DNA from: Acidobacteriota bacterium
GTDB lineage: Bacteria; Acidobacteriota; UBA6911; RPQK01; JAJDTT01
Direction: 5' to 3'
Assembly (NCBI GenBank): GCA_965217775.1
Contig: CBDCJH010000002.1
Location: forward strand, 736,001 to 800,000
Length of the DNA stretch: 64,000 bases
Part shown: positions 31,667 to 40,299 of the stretch, in pieces
Layout: each line of letters begins with the position of its first letter
Position numbering within the stretch: the stretch's first letter is position 1
Program-made: the position numbers and the translations under genes
Notes under the pieces: model-generated
Told to the model about the DNA's origin: nothing
Databases searched by the model: none
Seen by the model: the letters and a program-made list of their open reading frames with translations, nothing else

Positions 31667-33493
31667 CTATTTTTCGGTCTGGCTCTCCTCAAGGATCCAT
31701 TCGGTCAGGAGTTGGAGCTCCTGGTTTCGGAGCCGGTGGGCGAACTTCGGCATCCCGGAATTCTGGTTACCGTAGAAACGAGGTTGGGAAGAATCCCTGA
31801 TGATTCCGTCCAGCCACTCCGCAGAACCATATCCGGTCAGGTCCGGTCCCAGGGCCATTCCCGACCCCGAAACCTCCGGGTGGTCGAGTTGATGGCACAT
31901 GATGCAACCTTGAGCCCCTTCTGAATTTCCTGACGAGAAAACGTGCGCTCCGAGCGCCATGAGTTCCGGGTCCGCCGCCGCTGATTCGGAATCTCTCGTC
32001 TGGTGGATGACGAAAGCGGACACGGCATCGATCTCACGTTCCGTCATGAGGGGGATGTTCTTCCTCGCCCACTGAACCATGGTCCCATCCCGGTGAGGGG
32101 TCTGTCCGAAGAAGCGCTCCGCCGACGGATCCTTCAGAAACTCGGCGACCCATTCCGGAGTCCCGAAACCGGCCAGATCGCTGGCGCCGGGAGGGACGGC
32201 CAGCGATGCTCCGTCCCGGATCTCCGTCACCTGGGCCCCGGTACCGTCATGGCCGTCCCAGCGGTGGCAGGCGGAGCAGTTGTCTCGAAACAGCGTCGGA
32301 CCCTGAGTCTGAGGGTCCCGGTGCAACATCGCCAGGGCGCCGTCGGGAGGAATCCCGTTTTCCCTGGCCAACTCCAGGATGCGCCCGGTCTTCTTCTCCG
32401 CATCGGCCAGTCCCGCCTGGTACATGGGCCGGGTCTGATCTTCCCGAATGGCCGTCACCGTCAGCAGCAGCGCAGCGGTGAGGGTGGCGAAGGTGATCCC
32501 GACGCACAACGCGTGGCCCCGGCGGATGCGGCTCAGAAAAGGGAAGCAGAACATCACTCCCACCACGAACGAGGGAATAACCACAGCGCCGATCACCTCG
32601 CTCCGTCCTGGAAAGTACTTCAGGAACTGGTAGAGAAAGAGCAAGTACCATTCGGGACGTGCCGACGGGGAGGGCCGGGAAGGATCGGCCGGCGCGTCCA
32701 GGGGAGCTCCGCCTTCGGGTCCGAAGACGAAGCCCTGTTCCCAACCGCCCCAGCCTGCCATCGCCGCCAGGACCACCAGCACGGCCAAGCAGGCGAGGCC
32801 GTCCAGAAACGCCTGCCGGGGCCAGAAATAGGTCTCTCCCTTGGCGTCCTCGGGATGGGTCACGCCGTGGCGGCGGAACAGGACGACGTGCAGCACTGTC
32901 ACGAGCACCAGAAGAGCCGGCAACAATCCGGCGTGAAGCGCGAAGAAACGTGTGAGCGTGTGATGTCCGTAGGTGGGTCCGCCCAGAAGAAGGCGCTCCA
33001 GGGTCGGTCCCAGCAGCGGCACGATCCCCAGGATCTTGGTGGTGACCTGGGTGGCCCAGTATCCCCGTTCGTCCCAGGGCAACAGGTATCCGGTGAGGGC
33101 CGTTCCCACCACCAGCCCCATCAGAAGCAGTCCGAACCACCAGTTGATCTCGCGGGGAGAACGGTAGGCACCCGCGATCACCACCTGTATGAGATGGAGG
33201 ACCAGCAGCACGATCATGGCGTGGGAGGCGTAGTGATGCAGCCCCCGGATGAACCAGCCCAGCTCCATCTGGTGCTGGATGAAGTAGACGCTCTCCCAGG
33301 CCGCCCGGATCGACGGACTGTAGGCGGTCCAAAGGAGGAGACCGGTGAAGAGCTGGAGCAGGAAGGTGAAGACCAGGGTGCTCCCCCAGACATAGCGCCA
33401 TCTGGCGCCGCCCGGGATCGACTCGTAAAGCAGCCAGGACACGAGTCGCCGGTAGCCCGTCCTGCGATCCAGCCAGTCGCTCGGGCGGCTCAC
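31667..33493 (-). CDS. qcrB: Cytochrome b fused to diheme cytochrome c
   Basis: RGLHHYASH, TGYLLPWD, RFFALH, PEWY; C-terminal CSACH and CIMCH. Confidence 0.9.
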   Translation of the reverse strand: MSRPSDWLDRRTGYRRLVSWLLYESIPGGARWRYVWGSTLVFTFLLQLFTGLLLWTAYSPSIRAAWESVYFIQHQMELGWFIRGLHHYASHAMIVLLVLHLIQVVIAGAYRSPREINWWFGLLLMGLVVGTALTGYLLPWDERGYWATQVTTKILGIVPLLGPTLERLLLGGPTYGHHTLTRFFALHAGLLPALLVLVTVLHVVLFRRHGVTHPEDAKGETYFWPRQAFLDGLACLAVLVVLAAMAGWGGWEQGFVFGPEGGAPLDAPADPSRPSPSARPEWYLLFLYQFLKYFPGRSEVIGAVVIPSFVVGVMFCFPFLSRIRRGHALCVGITFATLTAALLLTVTAIREDQTRPMYQAGLADAEKKTGRILELARENGIPPDGALAMLHRDPQTQGPTLFRDNCSACHRWDGHDGTGAQVTEIRDGASLAVPPGASDLAGFGTPEWVAEFLKDPSAERFFGQTPHRDGTMVQWARKNIPLMTEREIDAVSAFVIHQTRDSESAAADPELMALGAHVFSSGNSEGAQGCIMCHQLDHPEVSGSGMALGPDLTGYGSAEWLDGIIRDSSQPRFYGNQNSGMPKFAHRLRNQELQLLTEWILEESQTEK

Positions 33494-34002
33494 GAGATGG
33501 CGACCCTCTCGCGTACGCCGGGTCGAAACTCCTGGTAGCGCACCAGGACCTCGCCCTTTTCGATCTTGACCTCCAGTTCGTCCAGACCCCGGGGAGACGG
33601 GCTCTCCGAATCGGCAATGGCGCCGTCCAGCCCGAAGGAGCTGTCGTGGCAGGGACAGAGGAACCGGCGCTTGGCCGTTTCATATCCGACGAAGCATCCG
33701 GCATGGGGACAGATGACCTGGAAGGCCCGGATACCGGTCTCCTGCCGCACCAGGTAAACGGCTCCCAGCGGAACCTGGGCGCCCACTTCCCAGGCGTCCC
33801 GGCGCTGGCCTCGCACCCGGAAGTGACGGGGGGTGCCCATCGGAAGGCTGTCGACGGAGGCCACGCGGTTGAAGCCGTGCTGCTCGGCACGACGGCGAAG
33901 GGGGTTGAGAAGGAAGAGAAGGCCCGCTCCCAGGGGGACGACCAACAGGCCGATTCCTATGACGCCGCCCACCAATTTCTGAAACCACTCGCGTCTTCGC
34001 AT
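33490..34002 (-). CDS. qcrA: Rieske 2Fe-2S protein
   Basis: Tat-like MRRREW plus TM; CPHAGC and CPCHDS. Confidence 0.92.
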   Translation of the reverse strand: MRRREWFQKLVGGVIGIGLLVVPLGAGLLFLLNPLRRRAEQHGFNRVASVDSLPMGTPRHFRVRGQRRDAWEVGAQVPLGAVYLVRQETGIRAFQVICPHAGCFVGYETAKRRFLCPCHDSSFGLDGAIADSESPSPRGLDELEVKIEKGEVLVRYQEFRPGVRERVAIS

Positions 34003-34141
34003 GATCCTTCGATCGCCGGCGCCAAACTCGGGAGCCGATCGCCCGGAAAAGGATACCGCAATCCGGTGCCGGAAGTCGGACTGAAAAAATCACGATTTGA
34101 AGCATTCCGATCCGGGCTGCAACAAACCCGCCGGGCCGTTT

Positions 34142-35443
34142 TCAGCTCTTGCCCGGCACCGGAATCCCATACCGGTGCAACGTGCTCTCCAGGGTCGGAC
34201 GCCCCAGTCGAATCCGCCCGTCATTGAGCAGGTAGGAGAATAGATACCCGGCGCCCAGCATGAGGATGCCGATGAGGAAGCAGTACATGACGGCCCGGTC
34301 GGGGTAGGTGTCCTTCAGATACCCCATGTAGAGCGGTCCGAAGATGCCGGCGGCGGCCCAGGCCGTGAGGATCACGCCATAGATGGTGGACATCTTCCTG
34401 GTGCCGAAGACGTCCAATACGAAGGGAGGCATGGTGGCGAACCCGCCGCCGAAACAGAGGAGCACGTAACAGACCAGGATCGAGAAGATCCAGGGGTTGG
34501 TCTCCGTCATCAGAACCCCGAAGACCACCATCTGGCTGGCCAGCAGGATGCGGAAGACCGCAGCCCGGCCCAGGCGGTCCGAGAGGAGTCCCCAGAAGAG
34601 GCGCCCCACTCCGTTGCAGAGCGAGCTGACGGCGATGAGCGTCGCTCCGTATGCGGCAAGCGTGGTCGGCTCGATCGAGGGATCGGCGAGTCCCCAGACC
34701 TCCTGCAGGAGCTCCGACTGGAAGCTGATCACCGATATCCCGGCGGCGATGTTGAAGAAGAACACCGTCCACATGATGACGAACTGGGTGGTGCCCAAAT
34801 AGGTCCGGGCAGACTGGGGTTCGGCGTCCCGAAGGGAGGTCCGGTTGCCGGCGCCCAGAGGAGCAGGCGCGGGGGGATCGCTCAGGAGGAGACTGCAGGG
34901 AATCAGGATGCAGGCGAATATGATGCCGAGCCAGAAGAAGACCAGCGGCAGCGCTCCTGTCGTCCCGACGATCAGGAACGGCGCCAGTCCCTTGCTCAGA
35001 AGAAACGCGCCGACGCCGAATCCCATCACCACGATGCCGGTGGCCAGCCCCTTGCGGTCGGGAAACCACTTGGCGACCGTGGCGACCGGGGTCACGTATC
35101 CGAAGCCGATCCCGGCGCCGCCGATCACCCCGTAGCCCAGGTAGAAAAGGGGGACCAGATCGAATTGGAGCGCCGTACCCGCGATCAGGTATCCGCCGGA
35201 GAACATGATGCTGCCGGCCAGGGCCAGTATCCGGGGCCCCAGCCGGGGCAGCATGCTTCCCGCCCAGGCCGCCGAAACGCCCAGCGAGAAGATGGCGATG
35301 CTGAAGGCCCAGGCGGTCTGAGTATGGGTCCAGCCCATCTGCCGGACCAGCATCGTCTGAAAGAAGCTCCACGCGTAGACCGTGCCGAAGCAGATTTGAA
35401 GAGTCGTGCAGATGAGAGCTATGACGCTTCGCGGTATGCGCAC
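34142..35443 (-). CDS. OFA-family (oxalate/formate antiporter) MFS transporter
   Basis: GTVYAWS, KWFPDRKGLATG, GRLFWGLLSDRLGR; about 12 TM segments. Confidence 0.88.
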   Translation of the reverse strand: MRIPRSVIALICTTLQICFGTVYAWSFFQTMLVRQMGWTHTQTAWAFSIAIFSLGVSAAWAGSMLPRLGPRILALAGSIMFSGGYLIAGTALQFDLVPLFYLGYGVIGGAGIGFGYVTPVATVAKWFPDRKGLATGIVVMGFGVGAFLLSKGLAPFLIVGTTGALPLVFFWLGIIFACILIPCSLLLSDPPAPAPLGAGNRTSLRDAEPQSARTYLGTTQFVIMWTVFFFNIAAGISVISFQSELLQEVWGLADPSIEPTTLAAYGATLIAVSSLCNGVGRLFWGLLSDRLGRAAVFRILLASQMVVFGVLMTETNPWIFSILVCYVLLCFGGGFATMPPFVLDVFGTRKMSTIYGVILTAWAAAGIFGPLYMGYLKDTYPDRAVMYCFLIGILMLGAGYLFSYLLNDGRIRLGRPTLESTLHRYGIPVPGKS

Positions 35444-35457
35444 CGCTCGACTTCCTC

Positions 35458-36201
35458 CTACCCGGCCTGTCCCGGCGTGGCCCCGGACCGCTTCGAACCG
35501 GACCCGCGTTCGGACACGTAACGAAAGAGGCGGGCCAGGTCTCCGACTTCATCGTCCCGGGCCAGCAGCTCGTCCTCCCTCGACGTGTCCCGTTCCCTGT
35601 CTCCGGCCACGTCGACGGCATAGGCGAGGAGTCCACCCAGAGGCTTTGCCGCCAGGTTGACGAACCAGATTGACGCCAGAACACCGACCACGAGAAAGAT
35701 GCAGATGAGGATGACCTGCTGGCCGATGGCCCGCTGGATCTTGAGTGCGACCAGGTCCAGATCCATTCCCACGTGGACCGTGCCCGCGACACCGGCCAGG
35801 ATGGGGCTGCCCACTTCTACGAAATCCCCCATCCCCGGTATGCTCCGTTCGACCGGTTCGGTGCTGGACGGATCGCTGGCCCGGACCTGCTCGGGTATTC
35901 CCGGCACGAAGGTATGAGCCAGGTATTCGCCCGACTCACTGGTGATGTAGATGTAGCGGATTCCCTGAATCTCCACGAACTGGTCGATCATCGACTGCAG
36001 CGTCGCCAGGTTCCGGTTCAGGAGGATGTCCACGCTGGCGTCGGCAATGGTCTTGGCGATATTCCTGGTGTTGGTCTCGTATTCCGCCGACAACTGGGTG
36101 TCGACGGTGTAGATGCACAGAATCGACGTGGACAGCACGATCAGCCCGAAGAGGGCGAAGATGCCGAAACGGGTTTTTTGGAAAAGCTTCTGAATCTTCA
36201 T
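35458..36201 (-). CDS. Membrane sensor protein with HAMP domain and no output domain
   Basis: TM, periplasmic domain, TM, then KPL...DEVGDLARLF, followed by the stop. Confidence 0.75.
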   Translation of the reverse strand: MKIQKLFQKTRFGIFALFGLIVLSTSILCIYTVDTQLSAEYETNTRNIAKTIADASVDILLNRNLATLQSMIDQFVEIQGIRYIYITSESGEYLAHTFVPGIPEQVRASDPSSTEPVERSIPGMGDFVEVGSPILAGVAGTVHVGMDLDLVALKIQRAIGQQVILICIFLVVGVLASIWFVNLAAKPLGGLLAYAVDVAGDRERDTSREDELLARDDEVGDLARLFRYVSERGSGSKRSGATPGQAG

Positions 36202-36202
36202 C

Positions 36203-37540
36203 TCAAGAGACCCAACTCTGCCAGTCTTCCAAAGTCACGAAGCGCCCGCCCTCGACGACGGTGTAATAGACCATCTGAAGCCCTTGCCGGCGGTCGGGTC
36301 CGAAAGAGACCTTTTCGCCGATCCCGAGGTCGTAGTTCCGCACCGAGAAGACCGCCGTCTCCAGTTTGGCTCGATCGTGCCCGCCCCCCATGCGCCGTAG
36401 AATCTCCGCCATCAACTTGGCGTCGAGGAATCCCTCCAGGCTGACGAAGCTCTGGGGGAACGGACTGTAGGGTTCCTTGACCAGCTCCTCGGGAACGGCA
36501 GGATCGTACCGCTCCATCAGTTCCCGGTACTCGCGCACCGCCGGAATGGAGGTGTTCTCGTAGCTGGGAACCACCTGGGAGTTGACCAGGTGCCGGGTGT
36601 ATCTCTCGGCGTCGCCGCGACCCTCGGTGAGCAGTTGGAGGAGGTTCTCGCTTCCCACGAACGAGAGGTTGGCGATGGGAACCCGAAGCCCCAGGTCCAC
36701 GGCGTCGCGCGCGAAGGCGGCACACGCGGCGTACGAACCGATGCAGATCACGGCGTCGGGGGAAACCGCCTGGAGGATTTCGACCTGGGCTCTCATGGTG
36801 CCGGTGAACCGTTGCCCGCGGCGGTAGGTCGCCTCACCGGCCAGTCGCTCGCCGTGGGCTGCCAGAGCCGCTCGGACGCCCGCCCAGCCGCTCCTGCCGT
36901 AGGCATCGGCCTGGTAGAACACGGCGATGCGCTTCTTGCCGACGCGAAGAAAGTTGTCGACGAGGCCGGCGGTCTCCTGCCGGTAGGACGCCCGGAGGTT
37001 GAAGGCGAAGTCGCCGTAGGGCGGTTCCCTCTGGGGCTGGGCTCCGGTAAAGGGAAAGAAGAGGTAGACCCTTTCGTCCTGAAACTTCTTGAGCAGGGGC
37101 AGCACGCGCGTCACCGTCGGTGTCCCCACGTAGCCGAAGAGGAGGAATACCCGGTCCTCCAGCATGAGCTTCATGGTGTTCCGGACGCAGGGGTCCGGTT
37201 GATAACCGTCGTCGTAGAGCTTCAGAAGGATCTGGCAGCCGTTGACGCCGCCGTTGTCGTTGATGTGGTTGAAGTAGGCTTTGGCTCCGCGGTAAAGCTC
37301 GCTGCCCAAGCCCCGGGAAGGGCCGGAAAAGGCGGCGGACATGCCCAGGACGATCTCATTGTCGGCCGGACCGGAATGTGAATCCGCGTGCCCGCCTTGC
37401 GTTGTCGTCTCGAACCCGGCCGTTCCGGCGAGTGCGGCTCCGAAAGTCGGGCGACTCGTCCACGCTGCTGACGCCAGACCCGCAAGTCCGCGAGTCAACA
37501 GCGATCTTCGCGTCATGGCCGGAGTACGTCGTACCCGCAT
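36203..37540 (-). CDS. Periplasmic binding protein (LivJ-like type 1) with Tat signal
   Basis: TRRSLL; GMSAAFSG, GGVNG, DDGYQP, VGTPT, RASY. Confidence 0.85.
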   Translation of the reverse strand: MRVRRTPAMTRRSLLTRGLAGLASAAWTSRPTFGAALAGTAGFETTTQGGHADSHSGPADNEIVLGMSAAFSGPSRGLGSELYRGAKAYFNHINDNGGVNGCQILLKLYDDGYQPDPCVRNTMKLMLEDRVFLLFGYVGTPTVTRVLPLLKKFQDERVYLFFPFTGAQPQREPPYGDFAFNLRASYRQETAGLVDNFLRVGKKRIAVFYQADAYGRSGWAGVRAALAAHGERLAGEATYRRGQRFTGTMRAQVEILQAVSPDAVICIGSYAACAAFARDAVDLGLRVPIANLSFVGSENLLQLLTEGRGDAERYTRHLVNSQVVPSYENTSIPAVREYRELMERYDPAVPEELVKEPYSPFPQSFVSLEGFLDAKLMAEILRRMGGGHDRAKLETAVFSVRNYDLGIGEKVSFGPDRRQGLQMVYYTVVEGGRFVTLEDWQSWVS

Positions 37541-37751
37541 GGGACTGTTGCCTTCTACGTCGTCAAGGATACCTATTTAGGTTTCTCGACGGAACAGAGC
37601 GGTGTTGAGTTCCAGCCCACACCGTCCGCATTCTGCGGGTTCTCTGCAATGAATTTCCATGCCGTACGGCGACCCGGCGAAGTCACGGTCGAAATCCTTT
37701 CGGGGAGGCGGCGGCATTCGACTTTTCCCAAGACCGCTGGCCGCGATTGGA

Positions 37752-38780
37752 TCACTGGCAGAGGTGGACCTTGATGGAACCGGAGGACTTGTCGGCTGCG
37801 ACGCGGAAGGCTTCCTCGACCGCTTCCAGAGGGAACCGGTGGGTGACGAGGCGGGTCGCGTCCACTCGGCCGGTGGCCATCAGGTCGATGGCCGCTCCGA
37901 AGTCGGTGTCCAATCCGGTCGAGGCGTAGCAGTGGGATCCGGTCACCACCGCCTCGGATTCCAGAACCCGGCCCAGGTCCACCTCCACCGGTTCCGGATA
38001 GCCGGCCACCAGGACCACGGTGCCGCGGGGCCGGACAATCTGCAGGGCGAGATCGAAATTGCCTCCTCCGCCCACCGTCTCGATCACCGCGTCCGGCCGT
38101 GGACCCCGGGCCAGATCGCTCACCCAGTCGTCGAGGTCGCTCCCACCCAGCACGAACACGTGGTCGGCGCCCAGATCCCTGGCCAGCCGGGCCTGTTGCG
38201 GGTACTTGACGGTGATCCAGGCCTCCCGCACGTTGGCTGCCTTGGCCGCCGCCAGGCAGCACTGGCCGATGGTTCCGCCGCCCAGGATCGCCACCCGATC
38301 CCGCCAGGTCGCGCCTGCCTGACCCACCGCCCGGCAACCCACTGCCAGGGGCTCGACCAGGGCCCCTTCTTCAAAGCTCAGGCCCGGAGGGAGCCGGAAG
38401 AGAGCCGAGGCATGAGCGGTCGTGAACTCGGAAAAACCTCCGTGCGTATCCTGCGACACCCATTGCCGTTCCAGGCAGTGATTGTAGTGGCCGCCCCGAC
38501 AGTAGCGGCAGCGACCGCAGTGGGAGAAGCACTCGATGGCGACCCGGTCTCCGGGCTCGACTCCCGTGACCCCCTCTCCCAGTTCCACCACGACGCCGGC
38601 GGTCTCGTGTCCCAGGGCCAAGGTTCTGGGCTGGGGCCAGTGCCCCCGGTAGACATGGAGGTCGCTGCCGCAGATACCGGTCTGCCGGGTATCGATGGTG
38701 ACGTATCCCGGCGGAGGGGGAAGCCTCTCCGCTTCCTGCAGACCGATTCGCCCGATACCCCGATAGATGGCGGCTTTCAT
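37752..38780 (-). CDS. Zinc-dependent alcohol dehydrogenase family protein
   Basis: GICGSD, GHE, CGRCRYC...C, GGGTIG. Confidence 0.92.
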   Translation of the reverse strand: MKAAIYRGIGRIGLQEAERLPPPPGYVTIDTRQTGICGSDLHVYRGHWPQPRTLALGHETAGVVVELGEGVTGVEPGDRVAIECFSHCGRCRYCRGGHYNHCLERQWVSQDTHGGFSEFTTAHASALFRLPPGLSFEEGALVEPLAVGCRAVGQAGATWRDRVAILGGGTIGQCCLAAAKAANVREAWITVKYPQQARLARDLGADHVFVLGGSDLDDWVSDLARGPRPDAVIETVGGGGNFDLALQIVRPRGTVVLVAGYPEPVEVDLGRVLESEAVVTGSHCYASTGLDTDFGAAIDLMATGRVDATRLVTHRFPLEAVEEAFRVAADKSSGSIKVHLCQ

Positions 38781-38838
38781 GGCCTCTGTGGAGCGGCCGG
38801 AACCGGTGGAGACGAGAAAGACAAAAGGTGCGCCCTGC

Positions 38839-40299
38839 CTACGCCAACAGCTTCTCGATCACGTTGCCGGCGACGTCGGTGAGACGGAACTCCCGTCCCT
38901 GGAAACGGAACGTGAGCCGGGTGTGATCCAGTCCCAGCAGATGCAGGATGGTGGCATGGATGTCATGCACGTGGACCGGATCCTCCACCGGAGAGAAGCC
39001 CAGCTCGTCCGTCTTTCCAATCGTCTGACCGGGCCGGATGCCGCCCCCGGCGAACCACATGGTGTAGGCGTCGATGTGGTGGTTGCGTCCGACGGAGTCC
39101 CGTTTCTCCCCCATGGGAGTCCGGCCGAACTCTCCCCCCCAGACCACCAGGGTGGAGTCCAGGAGTCCCCGTTGCTTCAGGTCCCGGACCAGGGCCGCGG
39201 AGGGGCGGTCGGTCTGCCTGGTGACCTTGTCCAGCCCCTCCTGCAGGTTCACGTGGGCGTTTCCGTGATGGTCCCACTCGGCGTGGTAGAGCTGGACGAA
39301 ACGGACCCCCCGCTCCACCAGACGCCGGGCCAAAAGGCAGTTGTTGGCGAATGACCGGGCTCCCGGCTCGGCGCCGTACAGGTCCAGGGTCTGCCGGGTC
39401 TCGCTGGAGTAGTCGATGAGCTCCGGGCCGCTGGTCTGCATCCGGTAGGCCATCTCGTAGGACGCGATCCGGGTGGCGATCTCGGGATCCCCCGTCTCCG
39501 CCAACCGGGCCAGGTTCAGGTTGCGGATCGCCTCCACCCGGCTCGCCTGCCGCTGCCGGCTCATACCGGCGGGACTCGCCAGGTTCAGGATGGGATCGCC
39601 GCTGCTGAAGAAGGGGATCCCCTGGTGGATGGTGGGGAGAAAGCCGCTCTCCCAGTTGGAGACGCCGGCTCGGGGACCTTGCCGGCCGGACTGGAGGACC
39701 ACGAAGGCGGGCAGGTCCTGCGAATCGGTCCCCAGGCCGTAGCTGATCCAGGAACCCATGCTGGGGCTCCCAGGCCGCGGAGACCCGGTGTTGCTGAAGA
39801 TCTGGGCCGGCCCGTGGTTGAAGTTGTCGGTGGAGACGGTGGAGATGAACGCCAGGTCGTCGACGACGGACGCGGTGTGGGGCAGGCACTCGGAGAGGGT
39901 CTTGCCCGATTGGCCGTAAGGTTTGAACTCCCGTTCCGAACCCAGAAGCCGGGGCTTCTCTTTGGTGAAGAAGTCCATGAAAGCGAAGCGCTTGTCCTTC
40001 AGGAAGGAATCGGGAAGCGGTTGGCTGTCCAATTCCCGGAGCTTCGGCTTGTGGTCGAAGAGATCCAGTTGGCTGGGTCCTCCCACCATGTAGAGATAGA
40101 TGACGTTTCGGACTTTGGCGGGGAAATGGGGATCCCGGGCCGCCAAGGGATTCGCCAGATCCGGTTTCGCGGCGAGGAGCCGCCCGTCACTGAGAAGGGA
40201 GGCCAGGGCGACCTGTCCCAAACCGAGGGAGCAACGGCTGAAAAAGTGCCGCCGGGTCTCGGCGAGTAGCCAGGGTTCGTAGCTCTGCATGGGGTTCAC
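38839..40299 (-). CDS. DUF1501 protein
   Basis: TRRHFF, GGPSQLDLFD, CLLARRLVERGVRFV, WDHH, GEFGRTP. Confidence 0.92.
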   Translation of the reverse strand: MNPMQSYEPWLLAETRRHFFSRCSLGLGQVALASLLSDGRLLAAKPDLANPLAARDPHFPAKVRNVIYLYMVGGPSQLDLFDHKPKLRELDSQPLPDSFLKDKRFAFMDFFTKEKPRLLGSEREFKPYGQSGKTLSECLPHTASVVDDLAFISTVSTDNFNHGPAQIFSNTGSPRPGSPSMGSWISYGLGTDSQDLPAFVVLQSGRQGPRAGVSNWESGFLPTIHQGIPFFSSGDPILNLASPAGMSRQRQASRVEAIRNLNLARLAETGDPEIATRIASYEMAYRMQTSGPELIDYSSETRQTLDLYGAEPGARSFANNCLLARRLVERGVRFVQLYHAEWDHHGNAHVNLQEGLDKVTRQTDRPSAALVRDLKQRGLLDSTLVVWGGEFGRTPMGEKRDSVGRNHHIDAYTMWFAGGGIRPGQTIGKTDELGFSPVEDPVHVHDIHATILHLLGLDHTRLTFRFQGREFRLTDVAGNVIEKLLA

